Positions 1 through 14,323 of a DNA stretch of 64,000 nt are shown here, one piece after another. The notes below the pieces were generated by a model. The model saw nothing but the letters and a program-made list of their open reading frames with translations, made no database searches and had not been told where the DNA came from. Each line of letters begins with the position of its first letter. The first letter of the stretch is position 1. The DNA comes from the human T2T-CHM13v2.0 reference genome, Homo sapiens. Location: NCBI RefSeq assembly GCF_009914755.1, contig NC_060937.1, one strand, 5' to 3'. A program made the position numbers and the translations under genes.

Positions 1-538
1 CCTTTAGGGAAATGTAAATTAAAACCATAGTGAAGTATTATGATATATATTTTAGTGTTTAAAATAAAAATGCTGACAATATCAACTACAAACAAGTTTG
101 TGGAGCTGCTGGAACCTGCGTGTATTCCTGGTAAAAATGCAATATAATATAACCACTCTGGAAAACAGTTTGGAATAAAACTGATGACACACTCACTCAC
201 CATATGACCAAGCGGTCTTACTCATATGTTTCTGGGAAAAAAATATTCTGTTCAGACAAAAACCTGTGAATGTTTGTGGCAGTTCTATTCAGACAATGTG
301 CCATAATTCAGCAATCAAAACAAGCCAACTTTTGATACATCCAACCACTTGGATGTATTTTTAAAGCATTATATTGAGGGAAGCGCTGGGTTTCAGTTAC
401 ATGAGGTATGATTCCATTTACAGTAAGATCTGTAACAGGTAAAATTACAGTGTCAGAGAACAGACCAGTGGTTGACATGAGTCATGAGTCAAGTGTGTGA
501 GTGGGTTTGTATGTTGTGAGTGTGTGATTATAAAAAGA
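1..538 (+). mobile_element. Ancient L1M (L1MC/L1ME-like) 3' region fragment
   Basis: Degenerate L1 3' motifs: gggaaatgtaaattaaaacca, accactctggaaaacagtttgg, tatgattccatttac. Boundaries approximate. Confidence 0.6.
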
Positions 539-551
539 TAAAACGAAGGAG

Positions 552-816
<265 letters not shown>

Positions 817-1389
817 AAAACGAGGGAGATTTTTTAGATTTTTTATTCAATTGATGAATTGAATACTACTATTAATACTACTACTGTAAATGATTGGCAT
901 GACAAAAAGGAGCATGCACCCCAGGTGCAAAGAAGAAAACATGAAACCAAAAAAGTAATTTCTAATACATAAAAAAAAATCTATGTTTTCATTTGCCTCA
1001 CTTCAGTCACCGTATTTATTTTGCTGTCATTTTTACTAGGAAAAAATCTTGTCTCAGTATTCTTTGACTTGACAGATGATTTTAACTAAGACTTAGTTGA
1101 GATTCATTAGTATTTCCAACATGTGTGTTCTACAAAGCAATGTGTTAATTCAATGTCAATAGACATATCTTTAGTACATCTTCAAATACATTTTTCAAAG
1201 AATTAGCTATCAATAAAACAAAGAAATGGTATGCAATATTACTTTAGTGATTTTCAAGTTTGCTTTTTTGGTTTATTTTATGTTCATGTAGTGATTATTA
1301 ATCCACCTAATTTTATTGAGAAAATTTAAAATAATCGGTATTTTAAATTATTATTATTATTAATAGTAGTATTCAATTCATCATCATGG

Positions 1390-2565
1390 TATGTATTTTA
1401 ACAAAGATAAAAGTGCATAGAGTGGAGAGTGTGTGTCCCTTTCCCACATGTCTTAAGTCTATCCAACCCACAAGTTTACCACTTCTGCAGTTTTAATTAT
1501 TTATGAATCCTAGGTATTGGGTCATGTATATGTCATACATTACATAAATGTTTCCTCAGTCAAAATAAGATTATAATTTCTGCCTTTTGTTTTTAGTGAT
1601 TTTATTATTTTACATATATTTTAATTCATCCCAAATTTAGTCTGGCATATAATTCAAATGGTAGTTCTAATTTTTAAAAAATCTCTATATTGAAATATAT
1701 CATTAATGCAAAAATAAGACAAAATTTTTGAGTGCAGTTTTCTTAATTTTTTACATAGTTTTTTCACGCATGTCAAAATATGACATGTCAAGAAAGGGAA
1801 TATCACTGATAGCCCTGAACCTCTCTTTGCAACTTACTCCTTGACCTTCCTCCTCCTCAAACATAACCATTGTCCTGACTTATATCATTGTAAACTAACT
1901 TTGGTTTATTTTGAACTTTATATAAATTAATATATGTCATATACATTAATTTATTTCTATTTCATTCAGAATTAGATTTGTAAAAAATCTTTAGTATATA
2001 CTATTTCTTTACATTTCTACACTAAATTATATTTAGCCATTTTACTGCTGGTGGGCATTTGAGTTATTTTCAACTTGTTTATAACTATAAATAATGAATG
2101 AATTTTTTGTTTGACATTTTTATTTACTTTTGTATTTTTGGCCATTGTGATGTGTTTGCATTTCTCCTTGGTATATTCCTCAGAGTAGAACTGCTTTGGT
2201 GTAAGTTATGGTATATATTAATTTAACCTTTAGTACATGCTACGAAATACTCTCTCAAAGTGTTTATATCTCTACGTATATCACTTTATGTCCCTAAAGG
2301 CAGTATATAATAATTCATGTTGATCTATATTCTCAACACTTGATATTGTCAGTTTTTAAGTTTAGCTATTTGGATGTATGGATTGGGCAACATTTGACAA
2401 ATACTTTAAGGACTGATTAGATTAATTAACTTTTATATGTTTGTTGGTCACTTGGCTATTCTCCATTAATGAAGACCTGTTCAAGTATTTGCCCTTTTTT
2501 TTTTAATAGATTTTTCTCCTTTTTTATCTTCTTGATTTGTGGGATGTTTTACATAGTTTAAATGT

Positions 2566-2603
<38 letters not shown>

Positions 2604-2990
2604 GTTAAAGGTATACAAATATCTCCCAGCCTGTGACATGCTTCATCATTTTTTAAAGAAATATTTGTGAGAATTTATGGTCACGAATTTAATATCAACA
2701 CTGTCCTATAAGGTCAGTAGTAGTAGTTTCCAATTAAGAGAGAGTTGTTCTCATTAAATGTATATCATGGCATGTTTATATCTCCTGTCTCCTAGAAATG
2801 TATTGTTTTTCCTTTAACATTTAAAACTATATTCCACATGGAATATTTTTGTATGATTTAATGGGGTCCAATTTTTTGCTTTTCTTTTCTCACTTCTTTT
2901 TCCTCACATTCTATCATTTCTCACACTCTCTTCTTCTTCTTTATCTCTCACCCTAACCCTCTCTCTTACCTATGTGCATTTAATTGACTT
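1390..2990 (-). mobile_element. Ancient L1ME-like 3' fragments
   Basis: Antisense L1 3' motifs (ctgctggtgggcatttgagttattttcaac, ccttggtatattcctcagagtagaactgct, tattctcaacacttgatattgtcag). Includes a 35-nt poly-T at 2568-2602. Confidence 0.55.
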
Positions 2991-3000
2991 GGCAGCATTT

Positions 3001-3255
3001 ATTTTATTTTAATTTTTAATTTTTACAGGTACATAGTAGGTGTATATATTTATCGATTGCATGAGATATTTTGATACAGAAATATGTGAAATAATCACAT
3101 TGGAGTAAATGGTATATCCATCACCTCAAGCATTCATAATTTCTTTGAGTTATAAACATTCTTTTAATTCCAAAGTTATTCCAAAATGTGCGACAAATTA
3201 TTGATGATGATAGTCACCCTGTTGTGATATCAAATATTAGATCTTATTCTTTAAT
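3001..3255 (-). mobile_element. L1MA-type 3' end fragment
   Basis: ggtacatagtaggtgtatatatt...catgagatattttgatacag...tatccatcacctcaagcatt...tagtcaccctgttgtg matches the antisense L1MA 3' terminus. Confidence 0.75.
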
Positions 3256-5619
3256 TTAAAATAGTTGTCTTTCCTTCACAGCCCTAGAGTATCAACTTTG
3301 ATGTTCATTAAAAGTTTAATACAGTTAAATCTTTACCTGGACTCTTTATTCTCTAATTAATTTGCTACATTTATTGATTTGGTTATTTTTATGCCAATAT
3401 GTGTTTTTAATTTCTGGTGCATTCTGATAAGTATTGATATTTGGTAATGTGATTTCTTAATTAAATTTGCATTCTACCAATGCAATCAATGTAGTCTTTT
3501 ATTTTCATTTAATTTTTTTGAAATTTTTTTCAATAATATGATATTTAGCAGATTTGTACTTCTTTATTTAGCTTCATTCCCATGTATATAATATTTTTTG
3601 GAGCTAGTATGAATAACACCTGTTGAAAAATTTTGTTTTCTAAATATTTTTTGCTGATATAGAGAATTAAAATTAATTTATATATATTAAACTTATACAA
3701 GCAGAAGTTTTAATGGTAAATTTCACTCATTAATTGCTAACCTCACTTATTAAATGAATTTATTTTTGTATCTATTATTTTACATTTTCTAAGTGCATAA
3801 TCTTATGAGCATAATGCTGTTTTATTTCTTTCTCTCTAATCTTAATACTTTAATTAGCTTTAAATGCCTTATTACATTGTTGAATAGAAATTCTTTGAAG
3901 GGGCATGATCACTTCAATTTCAGTTTCAGAGAAGTCAGTCAATATTTGAACATTAAGTAGGGTATTAGTCTTTTTAAAAAGCTATTATTTATTTCATTAA
4001 GACAATTTCTAGTTTACTAAGCGTTGATAGATCCAACTTTATCTTCCTTTTACTGATAAGAGCTGTTATTTTTATGACCTAATAAATCCTCTTTTATATT
4101 TGATCCTTGCCCATTTGGTTTTTAATTTCTTTACTTTAAAATTTTATAAATTTATAATAGTTTACATACTTATGAGATACGTATGATATTTTGATACAAG
4201 TATGCTTGCTTTTCCATTTTCTAGTCTTAATGTTTGTCTTTTCAAAATCATTATGTCACTGTGTTTGTTACTGTATCTCATAAATGCTAAAATAGGTAGC
4301 CACCCCTCTATGTTATTTTCAGAATGTTTCTGTGTTTTCCCATTTATTTAATTTTTTAAATAAATTTTAACTCTTGTTTGATTTCAAACAAATTATTGTT
4401 ATTTGATATACTCATAAGTAATTTTTAAAGTATGATTAATATTTAATTTTTATTTCAGGGCTTTTTTTTCCAGTTTCATTATCAGTGTTGACTAATTTAC
4501 AAAAATTATGGTAGATTTCTTTTTTTCATGCTCTCAAAATAATATTCTATACTTTAACTTTTTTCTCTAATTTTTAATTATAATTTATCTATTAAATGTT
4601 TTTTAAATAAGAGTTTTCTGTAGGTATATGAATTCTTTTAAAAACCAATTTATTATTAATAATAATTAGTTTTCTCATATTTTCTATGTTTTGTAAAAAA
4701 ACTTTGGTAGTTTTTTTTTCATAGAATACTAACTTCATCCAATTCCACAGAATTAAAAAAAAAATTGTTACATTCTGCTTTGAACTTTATTTATAATTTC
4801 ATCAGCTTATGTGTTGCCTTTGGTTATTACATTTTTCTATTTTATAAAATAACAGAAGTTTTTATATTTAAATTTTATATTTCATTTTTGACTATGTTAG
4901 CTAATGGTCTAATTGTGTAGTTTTAAAAATGTGTTTATTAAAGAACCAGCAAATACATGCATTTATAACGTATTTCTTAGTTCTATGGATTAACTTGCTT
5001 TCTATTTCATCAATTTTTAATTTAATATTTACTAACTTTTCATCTTTCTTTTTTTCAGGCTTCCTTTGATATATTTTATATATACTTTCTTTCTGAAACT
5101 CTTACAATGTATGCTTAATCATTTACTTAATTACCCCACATCTTAAAATACATCTTCAAGAGTACAAATTTTTTGCTGATTAATGTTTCCTAGTTATCTC
5201 ATTAGTTTTGATGATGTTTTTCAATTCACTCTGTTCTTTTTCAAAACTAATAATTTAATATCAGTTGGTACTTTTCTCTTTGACCCAAGAGTTAAGGTTT
5301 TGCTTTTCTCTTTTCCTAATTGATAGAGTATATTTGTTTATTGATTTTGTTTTCTTGTTTTTTGCATTTATTTTAAATGGTTAGTACTCTTTCTATAATT
5401 CAGAAATTTTTAATTAGTTTCTTAGGGCCTTTCATAACTCTGCTATCAGATTATCTTTATATGCCACTTGGTTGAATGGACAATGATAATTTCACCTTGT
5501 ATGGAAGTCAAGCACGCTCAAGACTGTGAATAATGCACTTTCAGCAATCCTGCACTTGGGTAGACTGTTATGTGATGATTTTCACCATGGTCATACTAGT
5601 GAATATAAATCAAACTGAA

Positions 5620-7130
5620 TTTACTGAATGTTGAGATACTTAGGAGATTCAGCTTTAGACTTGGATATTAAGCATAAGGGAAATAAAAGCATCTCAATTT
5701 TGGGATTTGGAATTATATAATAGATGATGATGCCTTCTATTGCTATGAGGCTGGATATGACCCCCGTTCTTATAATAGGGGAAGCTTTGAGAAAATTAAA
5801 CAAGAATTTTAGTTTTTAACATGCTAACTTGAAAAAGCTTTTCAAAATATAGGAAAGAAACTTGATTTGGAGGTGTAACTTAGAAGAGTTCAATGTCTGA
5901 ATGGCATTTAAAGGCGTGGACTAGAATAGATTACCAGATTATCATTATAGGTAGATGAGAGAAGTTAGCCTTGTACACAACCCTATTCTCTCAAAATAAA
6001 GTCTCCAGTTGGAGCAATGGCTTTCAAAGAACATGTGTATGAATGGCTGGTGGGCTGAATGAGAAATGATTAGAATATAATGTAAAGAAAGTCAATAAAA
6101 TGAAATATCTAGAGAAGGCAAGCCTTTACATGTTTGTTCAGAGGGTGAATAAGATGAAACTAGGTAAATGGTTTCTCAACACAGCAATTAGTGGCTTTAG
6201 TAAGTCATTTTTGAGACACTTCACCTGATTTAAGTGGGATGAAAAAGATATGATGTACACAAGTATAAACAGAAAACAATTGTAAGAAACTCAGGAGAAA
6301 ATATACTAATCAGCTGCTACAGTGAAGTATATGCCAAAGGAGGATATTTAATAGGTAGATGAGTTAATATATTATCAGAGAAATTGAGTATGTTTGTATG
6401 CTGATGTGAATTACCTATATATACACTAAAATACAATTCATCTTGTAAAAGACAAAGGAGATGGCTATTAGAAAAAGCTTCTTTGAAGAGACAGGATATG
6501 AAATTTACAGTAGGGCAGGGGTTGACTTTGAGAGGAGCCAATTCAGCTCATGTAGTACAATCAGAAGAAGAAAAGAGTAGCAGCATGTCCCTGCAAATGT
6601 TTGTTCAATTGGAGGCATAAATATGTTGTTCTGCTTCTCTTTTCTCGATGAAGAATAAGCCAAAATAGTATGTTGAAAGGAAGGGAGAGGAATAGCACAT
6701 GGACAGTTTCACTAACGAAGTGATAGTTGTGAAATTGACATTTCATGAAATGGCAAAGCAGAAATATAACTAAATGCGGTAATATAGGTGGCAATATTGG
6801 GTGTTCATTGAGATTTGTGGTAACAAATTTAAAGTAATACAAGTCAGCAGATTTGTGTTACTTTTTTTTCAACAATATTTTGTTGCTCAATTATCCCAGG
6901 GAACAATTGTTTTCAAGTAGGGCTGAATTTGTCCCAAGGAAGATAATCAAATGAGAGAGAGGCTAAACCATTAAGAGTGTTCCGAGGAGTGACTTTAATA
7001 GTTAGGATAACTAAACTTTTCTTCTTTCTTGAGTTCTGAGCAAGTGAATAGAACAACAGAATTAATAAACTGAAGATAAAACTGTTAGCTTTATTTCTGG
7101 GGAAAGTGGCATGGAGGATATGGTTTCCAT
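5620..7130 (-). mobile_element. L2 LINE relic
   Basis: Purine-rich antisense L2-like segments (tttagttttaacatgctaacttga, atggcatttaaaggcgtggactagaatagattacc). Highly diverged. Confidence 0.45.
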
Positions 7131-7603
7131 AGGTGAGGCACAGCATGCTTTCTAATAATTCCTGCCTTACTGCTCAGTTTAGATTATAAAACAGTGCAAC
7201 AGGATGAAACCTTAAGTATGCACAGTACACTCGCTTACTGAGATTATTACTTTGCACAAACCTAAAGTTTATGGCAAGTGTGTCAAGAAAGTAGGGAAGC
7301 ATTAGAAAGAAATCTACCCTTCCATGCTCAGGAATTTTGATAGAAAATATAAAAACCCATCCAGAAATCAGTAAGTGGCTGCCACCTACTTCTCACGTAA
7401 AACACTCTATCTCTGTGGAGTGATAAATGGGATGATTCAAAAGACCAGGACTATTTAAGGGGAGGAAAATCATCTACATTAAAATAAGAAAAATAGAAAA
7501 AAAATGTTCCCCACGTTCCCAAATAATTATATAACGGAATTTAATCAAGTTGTGTTACAAGTCAGATTTAGTATCCAGAAATATTTTTTTTTTCTTTTGC
7601 AAG

Positions 7604-7720
7604 GTGCTGCAATCAAGAGAAAGAGACAGAGCCACACTGACAAGACCACGTTCTAGAGAGAAGGAAATATGAGAGGCTCAAGGGCAGGGCTGTGAGGACA
7701 AGCAGGGGAGATGAGATGAG
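7604..7720 (+). ncRNA. Candidate non-coding exon
   Basis: Polypyrimidine tract plus aag acceptor (7584-7603), purine-rich body, GAG|gtagca donor. Stops occur in all three frames. No expression evidence available. Confidence 0.3.
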
Positions 7721-7733
7721 GTAGCATGAATCT

Positions 7734-7813
7734 CTTCTTTTTTGTACTTTATGTAAAAATTTATTTGACCAAAATGTTTAAAAAGTGATACTATTACATA
7801 TGATACTACCCAG
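7734..7813 (-). pseudogene. Tiny (~80 bp) retrocopy of an mRNA 3' end or orphan 3' transduction; parent unidentified
   Basis: Exact 16-bp TSD gaggtagcatgaatct at 7718-7733 and 7814-7829. On the minus strand, AATAAA (7760-7765) lies ~17 nt before a decayed A-tail. The target reads TT/AAGA. Confidence 0.8.
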
Positions 7814-10800
7814 GAGGTAGCATGAATCTTAACAGCAACAGGAGGTCACCTCTGCTCACAGGTAGCAATGTGACTCGAACCACAGACATGGAGAGAGCTG
7901 CCTCCATCCTCTAATGAAATGAAGAGAAAAATTCAGTCTGTTATTGTACTTCAAATTAGACAGGAATGGGAATTTTAGATGAATGCCATTCATTTTCAAG
8001 TGTTAGAAATCATATTATCATAAGGAGGAATCAGGATAAATCAAGTATATTTATCTTCACATAATTTCCTGATTGCTCCTCATTACATGGAGAAGATCTG
8101 GACTTTGTTAAATTCATTATTTCAAATTTCCTGGGAAATCAAGAGTTGTTGAGGTGAAAAAAGAATTGTATGCTAAATTTTAAAATTCATATTGAAATGA
8201 TATAAATATTAATAAATAATTAGAATATCTAGAATGCTACTTTATTTTTAACTTTTATATTTTATTAACTAACATTGTTTTACATTATAAATTCTTTTCT
8301 ATGTTAATGATTTAAGAATTAATAAATAATTTGTATTTGACATTTAATTAAATTTGATATCAAAAATCAATTTACCATACCTTGGAAGAGCCAAGAGTTA
8401 CTGACAGAAACACATTCTCTGTCAGACTTTTCTCCATTAAAAATAATGAGGTATAATCAATATTTTTTACATCTGTGATTTGAAGTTGAAACTCGGAAAG
8501 AACATTTGGACATATATCCTGATTATACAAGGTTATAGATAAAGTCTCACAGAGAGAGTTTTCATTTCCTTTTATCCATGCCCTTGAGTTCAGTAAATTA
8601 AATAGACAAATATAGGAAACATTTTTCAACAAATGAGAATCTATTTAATATGACTGAGAAACAATGCAACTTAAAGAAATTTTTAAAACAAATGCTTAGA
8701 CAATGTAATGTTCTTCTACAGATTTCATTCTGACAGAGTTGTGTTTCTATATTTTAAAAAATATGCAATGATATTAGCTATTGATATTTCAAAGCATTGT
8801 ATCCTATACTATTGACTTGTAAATAATATGCCTAGTTGCAATGTATGGTGAATGAGTATTCATTGGAATTATTAATTCACAAAAAAGCTGTAACATTTTC
8901 ATGTAGTTGAGGAAAACATACAGTTGGTCAAAGGATAAAAGCCAGGCATAGACAATAATTTAATACTCACATTATAAATTTACTTTTCAAATGGTAATAA
9001 TAAATTTTAAAAATTGGAATGTAAAAGGTTTCTCTACACAATATAGTAGCTATAGAATTCTGAGATTACTTATATATATGAACAAGAAGGGATAAAAACT
9101 TTGTACTAGCTCTAATAGTGGATAAATTATTGATTTGCAGGTTAAAAACAGCAAATATTTGAAATAAAATAATGCATTCAATTTTCAGAAACTTAATGCT
9201 AAAAAGAAATTGTTTTTATGATTCTTATATTTATTTAATTTTAACATTGTTTTAAAAAATCTTTCAATATCCCTAATAACAGATGCTTACAGTGAATGTG
9301 ATAAGAAACTTTTTATAACAGATTAATTGGCTGATTTTACTTCTTCAAGTCTGTAAGATGATGGTAACTTTAAAAATCAATGGCATCTTAAGTTTATGAG
9401 GGAAACATATTTTACAATAAAATTAGAATAAAAAGTAAAATTTACCCCCATCGCCTAAGCCAACACTGAATCTTCCTAAAATATTGTTTTGAATATTTTT
9501 GAAAAGTCTTTTATATGCTTAATTTTCTAGTCTTTTTGTTCAATTTGTTGCTCCAAATAATTGATTTAGAATCAACTGAGAGTCATTTTGTTAATTTGAC
9601 TCCTATTTAGGCATCTTACCAACACATACAAATTTAGTTAACTTCATTCTTCAAAACACAAATTGATAGACATGAGATTATCCTTTCCCCTTCCTCCCTT
9701 TCTCCTTTCTTTTCTGTCAGATGGCCTTTGTTGCCCTAACCGAAGGCTGCTGTGTGGGAAGCTTCCAAAGCACTCTGTGTGGAATCCATCTGTCTTTTTG
9801 TACTTGGAGGCTTTGTTTACATTTATACCTTGTTTGTACACCACTTCAATAACGTGGCTAATCATTTACACAAGTGCTCTGAGACTTTATTCTTTGATCT
9901 GGATAGGATTTCTCTTCAGCGTGGGATAAGTACGTACCCATAATGTCATTACAGATAGCAGTGGGCTGTCTGTGGCTTTGTGTTGAATATCTGGGATGTT
10001 TTAAAGAACGCCTCTTCCAAGCTTATTCCTTCAAATTGCCCTAAGCTCAGAGTGCTTCTTGGATAAATTCTATTATAATTTGAATAAATATATAACTTAG
10101 TGGCTATTTAAATGCTCCCCAGCATAGACAGTGAAGAAATCTACAGTAGTATGAATCCAAAACAAGACTAAATTCAACATGTTAAGAAAAACATTTACCA
10201 TAAATAAATCTACTTTAACCTAAACAATACAACTAACAAAATATATCTTAAGTTTCTGAAATAAGCATTATGCTTCTGAAGTTTTTGTGAAAAAATAAAC
10301 ATAAGAGAATAGCTGGAAAATAATAGTTTTGAAAATAAATGGTAATACGAAGACCTAACTTTACTGGAAATTGAAATACCTTCTACTGACAGGATGCTTA
10401 AGCTAATGCTTCTAAAGCCATAAATACTTATAACAATAAGGCAGAGCTTAAAATACAGAATACCCATGGGAACCTAAACTACACTAAATGTTTCATTTCA
10501 AAATAACATGGGAGAATTGATGATTCAGAAAAGTGTTTTACAAGTCATCCTTTAGAAAAATAAATAAGACTAGATATCTATTCATTATTTCAATAACTTC
10601 TTCATGAATCAATGACATAAAATTAATGATACATTTAAAATATAAAAATATACAGGAACTCATATTAATAATATTGTAATGGAAGAAGATATTTTAATAA
10701 TAATGAAATCCGAGGAGCTGCAATGGAAGGACTATGATATTGGACAGATAAAATTTATTAACATATCTGTAGGGCAAAAAAAAAGAAGAAAACCCCTAAA

Positions 10801-11109
10801 CAAAGTAAATTAACCATATAAATATAAAACAATAAGTATGTTTTAAAAACACACTATAAAACAATAAATATATAGTGTATATATAATATACACTACCATG
10901 TATATGTATATATATGTATATATAATTTAGGTAAAAACTTGCTAATAGCACACATGGCTATTACAGTTACAAATTTCAGAATACTTAACAGTAAATTTAC
11001 TTTAATATAATTTTTTATTTTGAATACACAGAGTAATATTTATAGAAATGTATACAAGTATTGTGTATCCACATATTCACATATAAATATGCATATATGC
11101 TCAAACACG

Positions 11110-11270
11110 GTGAGTGAGTTGGAAATACACCTCACTCCTTTTCTGAGGCAAGTGCAATTTGCATTGCATTCTCTGCCACTGTGGAGGTGGGATGGCTATG
11201 TGATTTGCTTTGGCCAATGAAGTTTGAGTAGTTGTGGGGATATCTTTGGAACAGATTTCTAGAAGAGCAG
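11110..11270. mobile_element. MaLR LTR fragment (MLT1-like)
   Basis: gggatggctatgtgatttgctttggccaatgaagtttgagtag is a typical MLT1 motif. Confidence 0.55.
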
Positions 11271-11462
11271 TTTTGGCATCAAAAATAATATGTGCTTTAA
11301 ATTTCCAGGTATAGTTTCAAATTGTACTATAAAAAGGTTGTGTAGACTTACGCTCTGATCATCCTTGCTTCTTAGGAGTTCTTTAAAGCAGAAACATTTA
11401 AGATTTATTATTTAACTCGAGAAATTTTCTTTCTTTTGTAAAAGTGGTTGACCTTATTCCAG

Positions 11463-11531
11463 ATAATAAATGTTTCGTCTTGGGTTCCAAGGAGCTGGCT
11501 GCATCCAAACTGCAATGAACCTATACCATAG
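11463..11531 (+). ncRNA. Candidate non-coding exon (69 nt)
   Basis: ccttattccag acceptor and strong TAG|gtaaga donor. Sequence-only inference. Confidence 0.3.
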
Positions 11532-11546
11532 GTAAGAAATAACTTT

Positions 11547-11606
11547 ATATATATATATATACATTATATATATACATATATATACACATTATATACATAT
11601 ATATAA

Positions 11607-11643
<37 letters not shown>

Positions 11644-11650
11644 ACATATA
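11547..11650. repeat. Compound (TA)n/(TG)n microsatellite
   Basis: Directly visible. Confidence 0.95.
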
Positions 11651-11699
11651 GCAATGAGATACTGAGCATGTTTGCACTGCAGCATAACCTGATATGGTT

Positions 11700-11860
11700 T
11701 GACTGATACTCTGGCTAAATGATAAGTCCTATGTTAAACCATGCTTTCCTTTTTTTATTTATGAAGTTTTGGGAAAGTACCTAAATCTCCCTAACCCTCA
11801 GCTTTCTTATATTGAAAGTGTTAAATCCAAGTACTTATATCACACAGTTAATAAATCATA
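11700..11860 (+). mobile_element. MIR fragment
   Basis: ttgggaaagtacctaaatctccctaaccctcagctttcttatattgaaagtg resembles the MIR core. Confidence 0.5.
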
Positions 11861-14012
11861 AAGAAAAGTTATGTTTTCCTATTAACTTTTAATAAGAGAA
11901 AATTAAAAGTTGAATGTATTTCTGATTCATCACAAAATTAAAAATACTTCCTCCATGTTTTCTCAACATTTTGGAAAACTTTCTTTTTTTTTTTTTTTTT
12001 TCTTTTCAGTAATGATTCACAGTTCCCATAGATGTGAATAGGAAATCTAACTAAGATTATCTATTATGTCTTGGGATTCTTGAATAATTTATTTTAACCT
12101 TTGTAGTAGAGGGTAATAATATTGCTTAATACTTTATTTGTGAATCTAAATATTAATAATATGAAGACAGTGCAAAAAGATTGTCATTCATATTGAGAAA
12201 TATTTTCACAGGTATTTCTTAAGGTTTATCAATGGAACTGAAGAAACATCTAACTCCTACATAGGTTTAGACTACAAAACTGATGTTTTGGTTTAAAATG
12301 TAGAAACAACTAGAGGTGATTTAGAATTAGTCAATTGAAACTAGCCAAAATATTTTTATTTTTGTTATTGAAAAATTGTGTTTGCTTAAGTTAGATACAT
12401 TCAAATCAAAGGCTGCTCCTCTGCTTCATTTTAATGTGGTACCCTTAACTGCATGTATTCAGTAGAGACTTGGCTCTGATGCAATCCAAGGTCTATGAAG
12501 GGATGTAGTGGATGGGACTAGGTGAAACAAAATCACTTCAAATTTTGAGCATTATCTAGTTGTGACAAATCTATGTAGCTTGCTTCATGAGATGATGCAG
12601 CAGGAATTATTTGGTCAAATAAAGTATATTAATATCATATCTACATTTAACATCAGTCTACTGAAGAAGGACTGATGTGTTGCCTTAGAATAACAATCAC
12701 TGTCTTGCTAGTAGAAGTCAATACAGCTCAGGCATTAAAACTATTCAAAATAGAGCATGGAATAGTGTGAAAAGTACTACATAATTCAATTATAAAATTT
12801 TTTAAAAATGAAACAGAATGTTGGGTCTGTAGATATTTAACCTGATATACATTTTGAGTTAGTAATATTATTATTCGTATCATTAGTAATATAGAGTAAA
12901 TATATACTTAAAAATTTACTGCTTTCTAAGATATAGGCCTTCCTACACACATTTTGAAATTATTTCCCAATACAGTTACTTAAAGAATGCTGTTCATATA
13001 CACTAAAGTTGAAATCTATGCTAATATATATTTTAGGACATAGAGGTTCATACAAAAATTTTTGGTTTTCTGGTCCATATTTTCCCAAAGCTTAACTTTA
13101 GGTTATATGCTCTTTAATGGTAAAATGATTTATAAGTATATACCTTAAAAATAGATGTCAAAGATGCTAACTGAATAAGTGTGTTTAAAAGTCCTAAAAA
13201 CATATTTAATCCAGGTTAATCTTTACCAAAGCTAGATTAACTGTCTTATATATAAATTCATTCATGAATTTGACTTCATGTTTAATGAAAAATATTGCTT
13301 GAAACATTTGACAGACTTCCTGTAGAATGACTAAAAGAATAGACAATATGCGATATATCATATAGTTTATTCGTCAAGGAGCATTTTATTGCATTTCTTG
13401 ACTAATAACAACATTCACGAGAAAGACTAGCCCCCAGCATCATACTACATCATTGGTGACAACTAAAGAATAAAACAAACTCATGAATATTTAATGTTTA
13501 ATAACAACATACAAAATTAGAAACCATAATAACAAGAGAAGATTAGGTATTTGAATTATCTTGTTACTAATCATGTAGCATACATAATAATACTAAAAAT
13601 GTATTAAAGCAAGATTTTGTAGGTGACAATAATTTAATAAAAAATTTAAAAATAAGACAATTCAATAAACAATGTATAGCAGCAGTATTATCTTCAAATG
13701 ACAGAAAGTAATTATTATATTATTTACTTCTTGGAGCAGGATTAGTGCTATAAATGAATGCAAACATTAAAATTGGTCTCAGATGACCTAACTACTAATA
13801 CAAAATACAAAGGCTAATTAAGTCCATTTCATTAAGCGTGAAATGAAGGTTAAACTCCTCTCTCAAAATGAAAAGTGTCACTATTTTAAAATCAAAATCC
13901 TACATTGTAGAGCCAACCTTTGACTAAAAAGTAATTACACTATATGTGAGCACTTGTAGGCACAGACTTTTTTATTTTTTAATTACAAAATTTTACTGAG
14001 CTTTATTGATAA

Positions 14013-14323
<311 letters not shown>

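Noticed and set aside
2568-2602. 35-nt poly-T as a separate retroinsertion
   Set aside because: No TSD or attached body is visible; slippage expansion within old L1 sequence is more likely.
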